Assembly: GCA_951406725.2 (NCBI GenBank) | Contig: OX597823.1 | Location: 8,494,001-8,558,000, forward strand | Direction of reading: 5' to 3' | DNA: 64,000 nt | From: Octopus vulgaris | Taxonomy: Eukaryota | Part shown: positions 24,585-41,620 of the stretch, piece by piece | How positions within the stretch are numbered: the first letter of the stretch is position 1 | How the letters are laid out: every line of letters begins with the position of its first letter | Position numbers and translations under genes: made by a program | Notes under the pieces: generated by a model | Database searches by the model: none | What the model saw: the letters and a program-made list of their open reading frames with translations, nothing else | Told to the model about the DNA's origin: nothing

Positions 24585-25441
24585 TTCATGTATGTATATG
24601 TGTATGGGTGCGTGTGTCTCTGTGTTTGTGACCTGCTTGACAATTGATGTTTGCTTGTTTACATTAAGTAATCTAGCGGTTTGGTAAGGTGTCCTATAGG
24701 GTAAGTCCAAGGTGGTGAAGTACAACACGGTGATGGACGATCGATTGCTGGAGATAGCACCAACTCATCTAGCAAAATATAGAAAAAAAACAGTGTCTGA
24801 ATAGTCACTTGAGGCGCGGTTAGCCAGTTAGCTACTTAAAAAGTATATGTTACAAGAGAGGCAGTTTCAATACCGAGAAGTAATATTCATTCCCACTTAA
24901 ATGTGGATTGCACTCCAATGGCTGCAACAAGTAAAAGTTAAAATGATACACACACACACACCGACCCCACCACACACAAATGGGTGTGACATGTACTTAT
25001 GTCTAATAGACATTTGCACTTCATAACTTTACCTAAATACATTATGCTATAATGAAGTTTAAATGATCCAGATGAGTATGCTATTGTATCTCTGTTTGCT
25101 GTCTGTGCGTTTCGTGTTTCAATGTATTCGATACAGTTTATGCGTTTCTGTCTCCAATAATTGAGGTTTTGTTTAAATCTGATAACAGTTTACTTTTTGG
25201 TAATTGAATTTGGGTTTGAGTCTGTGTGTATTGTGTGGGTGTGGTGTGCTGTGTGTGTGTGTGTGCGTAAGAGAGAGAAAGAGAGTTTGTGTTAATTTGA
25301 TAATATTACCTGTCTAGTAAATATAATGTGAACTGAAAGCATCTGATCTGTTAAAGATGTGTTCATAAATGTGTATGCGATGTATGTATATACATTAATT
25401 CATACACATACAATCTCGCACATACACGCTCATATATATTC

Positions 25442-25480
<39 letters not shown>

Positions 25481-25490
25481 TGTATAAATA

Positions 25491-26600
25491 CGTGGGTGTA
25501 CCCAAAGGTAACCGGAAACGTTCTCTGTGGTTACTTAAAAGGTGGCGAGCTGGCAGAAACGTTAGCACGCCGGGCGAAATGCTTAGCAGTATTTCGTCTG
25601 CTTCTACGTTCTGAGTTCAAATTCCGCCGAGGTCGACTTTGCGTTTCATCCTTTTGGGGTCGATAAATTAAGTACCAGTTACGCACTGAGATCGATATAA
25701 TCGACGTAATCCGTTTGTCTGTCCTTGTTTGTCCCCTCTATCTTTAGTCCCTTGTGGGCAATAAAGAAATAGGAAACGTTCTCTGTGGGACAAACCCGTT
25801 GTAGTTCAGACGTCTCCGGGTGGAGTCGTACTACCACGTGGTGCGTCTTTTTTTTTTGCTGTGCTTCTTCCTTGTTCGTCGATTTTTGCCATGGCCGAAA
25901 CGAAGGAACAGGGTGCTTCCGTGAAATTCTGCTTCCTTCCTGAGAAAATGACGGCTGAAACAGTTGTCATGCTTCAAACAATTTACAAGGACACTGCCAT
26001 GAGCAAAACACAAGTTTGCAAGTGGTTCTTCCCTCTTTAGGAATGGTTACTTGTCACTTGATGACCAACCTCATTCAGGACGACTGTCGACCTCCCGAAT
26101 GAATGAAAACAATGAAAGTTCATGAACTGATCTTCGAGGACCTTCACCAAACAATTGACGGACGTATTGATATGACTGATTTATCCCGGAACTCCTGCTA
26201 ACGAATTTTGAGTGAGGACTTGCGAATGAAAAGAATTGCAGCAAAATGTATGCCTCGCTTCCTCATGGATGATCAAAAGCAATTACGAATGTGCGTCGTG
26301 AACTGAAAGAACATTCGGAAGTTGATTCGGACATATTTTCGAAGCTCACCTTTGGTGACGAAAACTGGTACTATGGAATTTGCAGATGTGGAAAAGGCGA
26401 AAAAAAAAAAAAAAAGAAAACGATTGATGTATTAAATGGCATCACTTCGCAAGAGTTCCAGCAGGGTTTCAAATAATGTAAATGCGCCTGAACCGATGCA
26501 TTGACCCGGACAGAGAATTCTTTGAAGGCGATAAATTTGTAAGCATGTAAAACTAAGAGAATAAAATAATGTTGCAAAATTCCTGTTTCTTTTGAGTATA
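25491..26600 (+). mobile_element. internally deleted mariner element
   Basis: The left end TA|CGTGGGTGTACCCAAAGGTAACCGGAA imperfectly matches the right end TTCCTGTTTCTTTTGAGTATA. From ATG 25891: MAETKEQGASVKFCF..AETVVML..MSKTQVCKWF, LDDQPHSGRLST, MKRIAAKCMPRFL, TFGDENWYYG. The frame then jumps to the C-terminal RCID..EFFEGD. Confidence 0.85.
25531..25771 (+). mobile_element. SINE family C inserted in the mariner left end
   Basis: A 17-bp TSD GGAAACGTTCTCTGTGG lies at 25514-25530 and 25772-25788. Confidence 0.92.
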
Positions 26601-26678
26601 TAGAATAGTGGAAGGTCGAATCCCTTTTCTCGTTGGATCTCTTGTATTAAAATGCAACTTAGAATTGTTTCGAAGACA

Positions 26679-26855
<177 letters not shown>

Positions 26856-27337
26856 CTTTCAACTCTGTTTCCGTTTCTGGCCGAGTCTCTTCCTGACACC
26901 TACGGGAGAGAAAATCGCTATATACAATGGTAGGCCGTTAAAATAAACACCAGATTTTTCATTTACAAAGTCAGGCGATAGAGAAAAAGAGCAAGAGCGA
27001 CAGAGAGGAAAAGGAAAAAGAGAAAAGAAAGGAAAGATGTAAAAGTAAAAAAAGAAGCTAAAGGGGGAAAAAAGGAAAGAAAGTTCGCAGCGACAGTGTT
27101 CTTCTCAATACGTGACTTTCATGTTAAGACAATCTTTTGCACTTCCTGTATGGATGGTAAGCCGAGGATCATCCTCAAATAATTTTCAGTTCTTTTCTTT
27201 TGATCATTTCAAGTGCTCCTATGATCACTGGTATTGTAACCGTCTTGAGATGCCACATCTTTTAGATTGCGTTATATTTTCCTCTGCTCCGTAGCCACCG
27301 ATGGGAGTGCTTCTGGTCTCCATCAGCTTGTTTGCTA
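26856..27337 (-). mobile_element. R4/Dong-type RLE LINE 3' fragment with internal deletion
   Basis: Homologous to the 3' end of 52170-53804 (KMWHLKTVTIPVIIGAL.., 3'UTR). Flanked on both sides by (ATT)n. Confidence 0.75.
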
Positions 27338-27354
27338 TTATTATTATGATTATG

Positions 27355-27417
<63 letters not shown>

Positions 27418-27419
<2 letters not shown>

Positions 27420-27632
27420 GGCGGTAAAATGGTAGAATGGTTAGCGCCCCAGGAAAAATTCTTAGCGGTATTTTGCCCGCCTTTATGTTCTGAGTTCAAA
27501 TTCCACCGCTGTCAGCTTTACGTTACATCCTTTCGGGTTCGATAAATTAAGTGCCATTGAAACATTTGGTCGATGTAATCGGCTAGCCCCTCCACCTCAA
27601 ATTTCAGCCCTTGTGCCTTTAGAAGAAAGGCT
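27418..27632 (+). mobile_element. SINE family C variant with alternative 3' tail
   Basis: C head and Nin-like domain, with tail CCCCTCCACCTCAAATTTCAGCCCTTGTGCC. Confidence 0.75.
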
Positions 27633-27838
27633 TATCATTATTATTATTGTTGTTGACGTTGTTTAACTTTTATGTATAAAATTATACATTGTTAAATACA
27701 ACATGCAACAATGTGGCTATCGAAAATATGAGGAAGTGAACAAAAAACAGTGTTACATTTCTTGATCATTACGTTTATCGGTAAAGTTGTACAGCTCGAT
27801 ACACAGGAGTCTGTTCCATATTTGGTATAACTTCATAT

Positions 27839-28004
27839 AGGTGCAAGAGTGGCTGTGTGGTAAGTAGCTTGTTTACCAGCCACATGGTTCCGGGTTCAGT
27901 CCCACTGCGTGGCACCTCGGGCAAGTGTCTTCTACTATAGCCTCGGGCCGACCAAAGCCTTGTGAGTGGATTTGGTAGACGGAAACTGAAAGAAGCCCGT
28001 CGTA

Positions 28005-28035
<31 letters not shown>

Positions 28036-28250
28036 GCGTGTGTGTGTTTGTGTGAGTGTGTTTGTCCCCCTAGAATTGCTTGACAACCGATGCTGGTGTG
28101 TTTGCGTCCCCGTCACTTAGCGGTTCGGCAAAGAGACCGATAGAATAAGTACTGGGCTTACAAAAGAATAAGTTTCGGGGTCGAGTTGCTCGATTAAAGG
28201 CGGTGCTCCAGCATGGCCGCAGTCAAATGACTGAAACAAGTAAAAGAGTA
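27839..28250 (+). mobile_element. SINE family A, full length
   Basis: High similarity to the 21739 copy. Confidence 0.92.
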
Positions 28251-28496
28251 TATATATGCAGAAGTTAATGTAGCTGTTTTATTTCTTCATCATCGTAGCT
28301 TTTTCATCGCCATAGACTTTTCCTCACCATAAACTTTGCAAGCTTTCATAGTATGAAATATGACTGTTTTCCGCATCAGGCCTTTATAAAACATTATATA
28401 AACATTATATATATATATAAAACATTAGGTTTGAAGTCCACTATAACCCTTTATAACAATGTTTCGAATTACTGCTTTTGTCACATTCCGGGATCC

Positions 28497-28831
28497 GGGG
28501 CCCCCTTCAGTCACGACACTGACCATGGGATTGCACCTAGAAAGTTACCCTCCTAGTCACAAGTCTGGGCAAGGTGGTTTATGGAAGACCAGCAGTCGCC
28601 CATGCATACCGGCCTCCCCTCTCCACGCCACCAGGGTTATCCAATGGAAAGGCAAGGGCCGATACAGCTTGACACCTGTGACGTCGCAACTCATTTCTAC
28701 AGCTGAGTGAACTGGAGCAACGTGAAATAAAGTGTCTTGCTCAAGAACACAACAAGCAGCCTGGTCCGGGATTCGAACTCACAACCTCACGATCGTAAGC
28801 TCGACGCTCTAACCACTGCGCCATGCGCCAC
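28497..28831 (-). mobile_element. tRNA-derived SINE family D with CORE-like domain
   Basis: The minus strand has GGCGCATGGCGCAGTGGTTAGAGCG..GAGTTCGAATCCCGG (A/B boxes), then TTGTGTTCTTGAGCAAGACACTTTATTTCACGTTGCTCCAGTTCACTCAGCTGTAGAAATGAG. Confidence 0.85.
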
Positions 28832-29947
28832 ATTATGGTACACGTAACTTACTTTTAGTAAAAATATAGAAGCAACAGCTGTGGCAATAGACAAGAAAAT
28901 ATCAAGTAATATGTACCATGAATCAAAATTCTCACCGTACACAACTATAATCTTGGCTAAAATTCGAGACGTATATAACTTAAAATTTAGACAACCCCCA
29001 GCAAGGGCAGAACTTGGTGGTTGTTTACCGAAACTACTGGTCATATTTCTTAATTTCTAAAAGTTACGTAATCTGAGTTTCCATAAGTAAAGTGTAAACT
29101 TACATTTAAACGCATACATACTGACTCATATTCTTTTATGTGTGTGTGTGTATACACACCCATACATACATATAACAAACCGAAAAGAAGAAAGTGGTTT
29201 GAGAACTCTATCTTGGAGGAAAACGGAGGAAAATAAAGAAAATGTTTATCAAAATACGCTAACAGTTTCACTCGTTTTAAAGTCGATATATCCAAGCTCT
29301 AATAGAAAGGAAAATAAATTGGATTAAATTCAATCAAATTAATCTTTCATTCTATTATTTCTGGAAGTACATAGTTTTTCTTACAAAGTTTACATAGAGC
29401 CGGTGGTTGGTTTTCTTGTGATGGCTGCTGGGTCGTAGTAGAACTAATAACGGTTTTATCAGTTGTAGTTGTCTTTACTATGAATGGTAGTATTGAGGTG
29501 CTACTATTACTAGTAGCGCAGCAGTAGTAGTAATCGTAGTAATAGTGGCTGTATTAATGACAGTTGTAGTGCACCAAAGAACGGTAAATAAAACGAAAGA
29601 CATCAATCAGAGAAGCAATCTATTACTAGAAAAATGGCACGCCTCTTCAACAAGACACACACAAAAACAGGTCATTCATCAAAGCTGTATCCAACCCAAG
29701 TGATAGCGAGGTTGCTGCTACGTATTCGGGTCTTTCTACTACATTCATGGTGGCAACTGAATACTTTCTTACTGTAATGTACCCGCTGTCTTGTCCCCTA
29801 CTCTCTACGACGCCTCTGATGCAGCAAAATAGAGAGTTTAAATTAAGAAAGCTTGAGGTAATATGCTAGTATTGTCACACAATCAGACGGTATCCGTAGA
29901 TCTTGCAGGATAAGAACTTTACTATTTCGTCAACAACAACAATAATG

Positions 29948-30495
29948 ATGCCTTGATGATGCAGTACCAGACAGTGACTGTTATGGCTTTTGATGTCAAC
30001 TCATTGGAAGTGTTATCCTGTACATTTTTTTGTCTTGGTATACAGCAAATATTCTGCTCCATACAACAGATTTGCTTGTCACTTGTTTAACCTTAACCAG
30101 TTGGGCATGTTCCTTAGTGGCTGATGATATGTGCATCTCTGATCACGAGCAGAATTAGTGGAGGAGCATGATAGCCATGAGTTGAGAGTGATTCTCTAGG
30201 AATTGAATAATTCACCTCTGGAGACATGGGTGTTTTATTAATCATCCTTAAACATACCTTATTCAGGGACCTTTTGAGTGGGATGGAGTACTCAACCTTA
30301 AGAAAATTCTAACTGGGCCCCACCTGCAAAGTCATGCACTGTTTATCTTGATATGAGATCACTATGTCGCGCACATATTGTTGTGATGCATGTGCCTGGT
30401 GTACCCTTATCAGACGTGTAATCATGAGGGGTATAAAGGACTTCGTATATTTTACCCCAGTGTCACTTTGATGGCATGCACAGCTCTCTCACTCA
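29948..30495 (+). mobile_element. non-coding ~550-bp element F embedded in (AAT)n
   Basis: Homologous over its full length to 55729-56286. Ends CTCTCTCACTC(AAT)n. Confidence 0.85.
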
Positions 30496-30521
30496 ATAAT
30501 AATAATTATAGTAATGATAAT

Positions 30522-30728
30522 GGTTTCAAATTTTTGTACAAGGGCAGGAATTTTGGGAATGAGTCGATTACATCGACCGCAGTGTTCAACTGGTACTTAT
30601 TTTATCGACCCCGAAAGGGTGAAAGGTAAAGTCGACATCGGTGGAATTTGACCTCAGAACGTAGCGACGGGCGAAATACCGCTACGCATTTGGTCCGGCG
30701 CTCTAACGATTTTTCCAGCTCGCCGCCT

Positions 30729-30729
<1 letters not shown>
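30522..30729 (-). mobile_element. SINE family C variant
   Basis: Reverse complement of the C head and Nin-like domain, with the alternative tail. Confidence 0.8.
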
Positions 30730-30769
<40 letters not shown>

Positions 30770-31984
30770 ATAATAATAATAATTATTATTATCATAATAA
30801 TAATAGTAACGATAATTCTTTTCTAATTGGCCACCAGGGCCGAACACAAAGAGTGATACGCAGACGAGGGAGAGTGAGGTTAAGCCACCAAACTCAACGA
30901 TTAAGAAAGAGTCTAAATCAATAATATGCTTCCCCAATAGTGGGGTGAGTTCTATCGCAAGGTGACCAAAGAGACCTCACGCACTTTGGACACCTTAATA
31001 CCAACGGCTCCTCAGGAAGGCACTCTTTCTTCTCCTTTCCTTCCGGCCTACAGGCGCACAAGTTTTACGTAGCGGATTATAAGTTGAAAACATTTTTGTA
31101 GTGATTGCACGGATTTGCCTTTGGAATTAATATGAGATAGCGCCAACGTAGCCTTTAACGGAGAAGAATTAGATAAGAACCCAATTGTCATGGTAGGTAA
31201 AGAAGCAGAGATAAGCAAATGACATGAAACACAGCTGTACAAATAATTAGTATTTAATGAACTACATAGAGTACAACATTTACAGACAACAACAAAGATT
31301 AGGAAGCCATATGATTAATACTAAAAATGGAGCTAAATGGCTTTAGGTATGAATTTTCTTAGTGTATGAGTAATAAGTTATAATTTAAAATATTCTCAAT
31401 TGAGCGTCAAATTTGTTTAGTATGACTCGACTGAAAAACAACATGAGCGACAGTATTTAGAATATAAATATAATATAACCAAAATATTATATAGAAATAT
31501 TATATGGTTACGTAGCTAAGCAACTAGAAGAACTGTTTTGTATATGACTACAAATATATCTAGTAAAGAATAATGCGAAAATAATATAAGATGTATTTAA
31601 AAAACGAAAGAAAACAAATTTCGGTTTGCAGAAAGCAAGATGAAATGACATCTGTGAAGATGAAGAAGAAATAAGACAGAGATAATGGAAAAGCTAAAAC
31701 CTTAGCTAAAAACGGATGCCAAAGTAAAGGAATGGCGAAAACCAAAACCAAACCAAAACAAAAAAACAAAAGAAAAAATCGCTACACAACCGAGACCGAA
31801 AAAATAAAATCTGAACAGGATGGAACTAAACAAAGAATAATGGTAAACTGGCTCAGAATCGTAGAATTCTAAGGCTAGCCTGAAGAATGCTTGAGTGGAA
31901 TATACTACAAAAATGCCGCTTAGCATTTTGACCGGCGTGCTAAAGATTCTGCCAGCTCGCAACCGTTTAGAAAATAATAGACTG

Positions 31985-32373
31985 GGCATAACAATTATAG
32001 ATAAGGAAAAGCGAAGTTGCTTACTGATCGACCCATGATGCCTGTTTGATTCCAGAGGACGAAAAACAACAGCAACAAAATAACAATCCCTTAAAATTTG
32101 AAAGAGGAAGAATTTGAAGCATGAGAACAGTACAGAGAATGCCGATAGTAATTCGTGCGTTGGGAACAGTATGCAAATATATAGACAAATGGCTGAAGGA
32201 GATTGGAATAGAATGCCCGGTAGAGCTCCTACAGAAAGTTTGTCTCCTAGGGACAGCAAAGGTTATCAGGAGGGTTCTAAGTACTTGAAAGACAGCTAAA
32301 AACTTGTGGATACCTAACGTTACCGGTAGTAATTCGCGACCCGCATAAATCCTACCAGGAATAAGACCAAACC
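31985..32373 (+). mobile_element. R4/Dong-type LINE 3' end (RLE domain and UTR)
   Basis: CLLIDP..CLFD and PIVIRALGTVCKYIDKWLKEIGIECPVELLQKVCLLGTAKVIRRVLST*. Confidence 0.75.
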
Positions 32374-32384
32374 TGAGCCAAACC

Positions 32385-33200
32385 ACCGAGAAAAGGAGAG
32401 CTTCTTGAAATGAGAATGCATGGACAGTTTGAAAGAAATATACAAGATGTTAAGGATGATAAAGCATCGTGGGCATGGCTTGAGCGAGGTGATTTGAAGC
32501 GTATCACCGAAAGCATGATCATTGCTGCATAAGACCAAACTCTCGGTACCAATTCAGTGAAGTATAAGATCTGTAAAACTTTCGACACCCAGAAATGCAA
32601 ACTCTGGAAAGAGTGTGGAAAATCTAAGGGATGTGAGAGCCTTGCACAAAAAGAATACAAGCGCCGCCACGATAAAGTGTTTGTGTAACTTCATTGGTTC
32701 TTATGCCGTGAATACCAATATGAAATAACAGAGAACTGGTATGAGCATGTACCAAGTAAAGTTATGCAAGAGGATGGAAAAACAACGATACCCTGGGACT
32801 ACGATTTTCAGATATATCGTGTAATCGAACACCGTCTATCGGATATTGTCATATTGAATAAGAGAGACAAATACTGTCAGGTCATTGATGTAGCCATACC
32901 AAATGACATGAATGTTGTCAGTAAAGAGATTGAAAAAATCACCAAGTATCCCGAATTGAAAGTGAAGATGGTAAGACTGTATGGAATGCGAGATGGCAAT
33001 GCAAAAGTGATAACAGTGGTGATCGGAGCGTCGGGCTCAATTCCATTGAAACTTCAAGACTTCTTGAGGCAACTGGAAATCCTATGCAAGGTTGATGTTT
33101 TGTGAAAAGGAAACTTATTAGGCACAGCGCACATCTTAAGGTAAGTATTATCTGACTGAGGTCCTTGTGACTTTTTACCTATACTGTGTTACGAAGGAAT
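32385..33200 (+). mobile_element. R4/Dong-type LINE 3' fragment (post-RT region, zinc knuckle remnant, RLE)
   Basis: MHGQFER..SWAWLERGDLKRITESMIIAA*DQ, EYKRRHDKV, WYEHVP, IPWDYDFQ..SDIVIL..QVIDVAIPND..EKITKY and LLGTAHIL. Confidence 0.88.
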
Positions 33201-33228
33201 AATGATGATGATGATGATGATGATAATC

Positions 33229-33412
33229 ATTGACTTTTTATCTTAACTGATTGGAAGTGTTATCATGTACATATTTTGTCTTGGCATAAAAGATGGGCTA
33301 CAGCAAACATTCTGCTCAATTGCTTGTCAGTTGTTTGAACTTAACCAGTTGAGCATGTCCCTTATTGACTGACTATATGTCCATCTCTGATTACGAACAG
33401 GAGTATCGGAGG
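33229..33412 (+). mobile_element. element F 5' fragment
   Basis: TCTTAACTGATTGGAAGTGTTATCATGTAC..AACCAGTTGAGCATGTCCC matches F. Confidence 0.8.
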
Positions 33413-33424
33413 AAAAGCAACAAA

Positions 33425-33665
33425 ATATAGTTATAGAAATGAAAGTAGTCCCCAGTAAAAATAATTTTCCAATACTATGAAAATGTTAAAATCGAAATTG
33501 AACGCTGAAAATATTGTACAAGCTATCAAGATGAGGACAGTATCACTAAGAAAGTATGTGGCAGAAGTTATTGAATAGAAAAAAAAGGAGCTGGGGGACA
33601 GAAAAAAACAAAGAAGTAATACATAAAAGTCTGCATCCTCAATCATATATGGACATGATATACTG
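33425..33665 (+). pseudogene. degraded R4/Dong RT thumb fragment
   Basis: MLKSKLNAENIVQAIK..SLHPQSYMDMIY parallels VLKSELNARNKVLAIN..HHPQTDVDHLY of the 53-kb copy. Confidence 0.6.
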
Positions 33666-33766
33666 AAAAAAAAAAAAAGAAGCAAAAAACAAAAGAACAA
33701 AAAAAGCAGAACGAAGAAAAGTATCGAAGCGGTAGTGGGATTAGAGAGGTTTCTGTCCAGAAGGAA

Positions 33767-33826
<60 letters not shown>

Positions 33827-34604
33827 GGGACGTCTCTGGGGCTAATCATTGATTGAGATGTGACGTTCTCTAAAGGAACTTTTCCCGAATCTTGTGGGAA
33901 TTTAAAAAAAAAATGTTTAGAAGAATGAATTTTACAAAGATCCCTAAAAACAGAACCAAAGTAAGTAACTCTCTTCCTTGTTTCACTGAAATTCGGCAGC
34001 ATAAATAAATGTTCGTGACATGGAATGGGCACAGAAGCGGGATCTTCAGCTCAAAATCTCAAATTGCTATGCCAGGTTCACTATATTTGAACTGGTAACA
34101 AGTTTGTATTTATACATGTTATTGCTTAGCACTGCCATCCCGTATCTGATTTGCGGCGAGCCGCTGAATAGAAGGACCAGCCATTGAACGATAACAGAAA
34201 ACATCATAAGAAGGACCTATCTCTCGTGCCAGTTCGCAGCGGCTGCTATTCCGGTCTCTGGTGCTGAAAAGGAAATAACTTCACCGAAAAGCATACGTCC
34301 AGGAATCTGGTGAGGAAGAGCTATGTTCTGAAACGTTTGTTTACACATTTCTGTCTACAGCGAGAAATTTTCTACTTGACAAAATATAGTGAGTGGTTTT
34401 CTTACAAGTTCGAATATGCCCCAAGTGCATGTGTATGTGCATATATATATATATATATATGAGCATGTGTGTGTGTGTGTGAGTTCTGTGTGAGTGCGTT
34501 TGATGTGTATATAGGTGTATATAGGTATATATCTGTATTTGTAGATGTATCTATTTATGTTTATCTATATATGTAGATATGTATGCGTGAATATATATAC
34601 ATTC

Positions 34605-34695
<91 letters not shown>

Positions 34696-35084
34696 TGTGT
34701 GTGTGTGTGTGTGTATGTGTGTGAAGGTGCTTGAAAGAGGCAATGATGTAGGAATAAGAAGACCTGGAGATCACCTTAAAATATGGCCTGTGCAACTGTA
34801 GCACAAACTGCTTCCAATCTTTAACTCTTGCCAAAGAAAGAGAAAGATGGAAGAGCATAGTGGCCCGTTGACCTGAGGCTGGAGGAAACAGATGACCAGA
34901 AGCGCGCACGAACACGCGCACACACACAAACACTCATGTATATGTGTCTACAATAAATACTATGGTAATAGGTAAATAAACGGATAGACTGACTGGTATA
35001 GGTTTTGAGTTCCTACGGAGATCTCTCTTTCTCTGTTTCACTGTCTCCTCTGTATGTATGCATATATATGCATGTATACATACA

Positions 35085-35117
<33 letters not shown>

Positions 35118-35519
35118 TTATATATATATATATATATATAAATATATTTATATATATATATATATATATACATATATATGCTTATATATACATTTATATG
35201 AAAATATAGACATTTTTGTATAGATTTTCTGATTGATTGATTCGTTCACTGCTTGATTGGTCGATCGATTTTTTGATTGATACATAGTCCTGAGATGTGA
35301 AAAGGAGGATAAGAATAGAGAAATATGTCTGCAAATAGAATATGTATGGTCAAGAAGTCCGGGAGACTGAGAAAGAGGAGAATAAAGTATATATCTTTGC
35401 GTATACTTGTGTGTGTGATATATATATATATATATATATATGAAGGAATATAGAGAGATACAGAGAGAAGGAGAGAGAGAGAGAGAAAGAGGTGGAAAAA
35501 TAGAGAAGTTGAGAGTTAG

Positions 35520-38460
<2,941 letters not shown>

Positions 38461-39025
38461 CAAAGGAGAATGAAAAGGTAGCAGTTGTGCAAGTCTAAAG
38501 AAATGGTAGCGGATATATCGGTAAGTGGGAGCTACCTGCTGCCTGTAGAAAAAGATGCTTAGCAGATAAAGAAAGAACGGTAGCGGTGGAAGAAGTCTCG
38601 GTTAATCCGCAAGGTGAAACGGTACGACACTACAAAAGGCACTTTAGATGCGTTGAAAAGGACAAGGTCGTTGATAAGTGGAATAGATTCGTTTATAAAA
38701 AGCACTGGACACTAGACAACTTGAGATGCTAACGTTTTTTTTTTTTTTGAGGGGAGGAAATATTAAAGCGGGTACGAAGGAGTGAAATAAATATAGGCAC
38801 GACGATAAATCATAGTAATTAGAAGAAAAATAGATAATTATGTAAATTGATCTACGAAACTATGTGCTACACACAGACACACACACAGACACACAGATAC
38901 ACAGACACACACATATATTTGAGTATATAAACACAATATTCTAAATGATATATACATAATATATATATATATATGAATATATATATGTATACACACACAC
39001 ACACACGCGCGCGTGCACATATATA

Positions 39026-39100
39026 TCCTTAAAATCCTTAAAATCCTTTAAAATGTTTTAGCCCGAAGGCCGCGGCCATGCTGGGGCACCACCGCTGGTA
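39026..39100 (-). mobile_element. isolated LINE/SINE-A-type 3' tail with (TTTTAAGGA)n
   Basis: Minus strand reads GGTGGTGCCCCAGCATGGCCGCGGCCTTCGGGCTAAAACA(TTTTAAGGA)n. Confidence 0.75.
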
Positions 39101-39438
39101 GATTGATTTACCATCTAATATATATATATATATATATTATATATGTACATATATATATATATATATATTATATATGTACATATATATGTATAAATAAATA
39201 AATAAATACATATATATATATGCATACATGTGATGTACATACTCATATACGTATACATAATACGATGGTGTATTTGTGTTGAGTGCGTGTTCAGTTTGTG
39301 TGCGACGAAGTTCGTATACATGTGATGGTTGTAGAATACTAAACATAATCACAATTAAGAATTTGTGGTTGTTAAGAAGAATTAGTTACGTACATGCGCA
39401 TAAACACGTGTACACTTATATTCCAGTGTGCATGTATG

Positions 39439-39472
<34 letters not shown>

Positions 39473-40729
39473 TGTATGTATGTATGTATGTATGTATGTA
39501 TGTATGTATGTGTGCGCCTGTGTCTATATGTATGTAGTCTTTATTCTTTATTGAAATTCACATTTATTCGTACATATAAAGTCATTATTTTATAATATAC
39601 ACAAAGAGAGAAAGAGAGAGAGAGAGAGAGGGAAATAGAGAGAGAGAGAGTGAGAGAGAGAGAGTGAGAGAGAGAGAGTGAGAGATAGAGAGTGAGAGAT
39701 AGAGACAAAGAGACAAAGATATTGAGAGCGAGTGACAGAGACAGATTATTAGATAAATAAATAAATAGATATAGATATAGTGGTGCATATAAGATTACAT
39801 AGCTGTCAAGGTATGAATACTGGCACGTGATTTAAAGGGACGAATTTAGAATATCGTAGTTAATTGGCACTTTTGGTATATACGCATGTGTTTGTATTTC
39901 TCTATGTGTGTATCAGTGTGTCCGTGCGTGTGTATGAGTGTTGCAAGATAATAATATAAATTCGTTTGTGGCTGTATTTATGACCATATATGTATCAGTA
40001 TGTGTGTGTGTGTGTGTGTGTATATATGTGTGTGTGTGTGTAAATCAATTTACCTATGATGGCGTGTGTGGGCATATGTACATTTGTGTAGGTCGCTATA
40101 CAAGTAAGAATCTGATTACAGTAGAGTGAACCTGTATTGGTACGGGAGTTTTTATGCGTAATCATTGTAATTAGTAGACATTATTATAGTAAATTGCATG
40201 CAGGAAAAGTTCATGTTTGTGAATATTATATATATAGAGATACGTATAATAGATGCGATGAAGTGAGATGCAAGCATCTATGCGTCTTGAAAATACGGGA
40301 CATAACTTAAATATTACAATATTTGATTATGTATGTAGTGGTTATTTATTCATTGTTTGGGGAGGGGGCATATTTTCAGAAGTATATATATGTGTATGAA
40401 TATACGAATGTGCATACGCTAGTGCACACATATTCAGACATCATGCGCTAAGATACAGGAAGACACACGCGGATGAATACATTTTATATATATGTGTGTG
40501 CGTACGTATGTTTGTGTCCGCATGTTTCTTTGTACATATATGTATGAATGTATGTGTGTGTGTGTGTGTGTGTATGTGTGTGTGGTGTATGTGTGTGCGA
40601 AATGCTTTTAAAAGACACATAGTGACAGTGACTCCGAACTTTCTTCCTCGTGGCCTTCATCGGATTACAATTGTGTAATCTTTCAGTTTAATGTAAAATT
40701 GATTATTCTATATCTCGACATAATAATTA

Positions 40730-40764
<35 letters not shown>

Positions 40765-40766
<2 letters not shown>

Positions 40767-40960
40767 AGTACCGCCAGAGATTTTTTTTCCCTCTGTCTTC
40801 CCTTCTCGGGATCTTTCCTTCTCCTATGTTTCCGACGAAGAGCTCCGCTCGAAACGTTAAACCCTCCTTCTTCCCTTCATTCCTGAGCGTCCAATAATAC
40901 TTTATTTGTTCCACGTCCTCGCGTTGCTGTGTTTTTTTTTTGTGTTTTCTTGTTTGGATT

Positions 40961-40963
<3 letters not shown>
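40765..40963 (+). mobile_element. solo Penelope pLTR-like segment with minimal hammerhead (40828-40862), between TA/TG microsatellites
   Basis: GTTT-CCGACGA-AGAGCTCCGCTC-GAAACGTT-AAAC, followed by a T-rich tail into (TA)n. Confidence 0.7.
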
Positions 40964-41007
<44 letters not shown>

Positions 41008-41014
<7 letters not shown>

Positions 41015-41125
41015 GCATATATATGTATATGTGTATGCATATGAAAATATTAATATTTCTGTCTCCCTAAAGGTAACTGCAGCAGCTATACTGGGTATAT
41101 ATGTATATATATATATATGTGGGTG

Positions 41126-41159
<34 letters not shown>

Positions 41160-41288
41160 TATATATATATATATATACATATGCATATATATGTATATGT
41201 GTATGCATATGAAAATATTAATATTTCTGTCTCCCTAAAGGTAACTACAGCAGCTATACTGGGTATATATGTATATATATATATATGG

Positions 41289-41295
<7 letters not shown>
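41008..41295 (+). repeat. tandem duplication (~120-bp core) bounded by (TA)n
   Basis: GAAAATATTAATATTTCTGTCTCCCTAAAGGTAACT(G/A)CAGCAGCTATACTGGG occurs twice. Confidence 0.9.
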
Positions 41296-41343
<48 letters not shown>

Positions 41344-41504
41344 TATATATATTCCTGCACGTATGCACGTAGATATGCATTACCATAAGTTCAATTGTTG
41401 ACAACGTGTTCCGATAGAAAATCTGGGTGAAAGACATTAAATACGTATATCAGTGATATCACTCATATACATACTTTCATCGTGTAATGCTTTGTATAAT
41501 ATTC

Positions 41505-41620
41505 TTTTCTACTCTAGGCACAAGGCCTGAAATTTATGGGGTGGAGCCGCACAATTAATTTATCAATCCCGGTAGGATGGAAGCAAAGTCGACCTCGGCT
41601 AAATTTGAACTCAGAACGTT
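41505..41620 (-). mobile_element. SINE C fragment
   Basis: GCAAAGTCGACCTCGGCTAAATTTGAACTCAGAACG. Confidence 0.7.

Noticed and set aside
25066-25145. CAGATGAGTATG..GTATTCGATACAG as another pLTR hammerhead
   Set aside because: Both core segments are mutated and no stem I is evident. Too degenerate to call.
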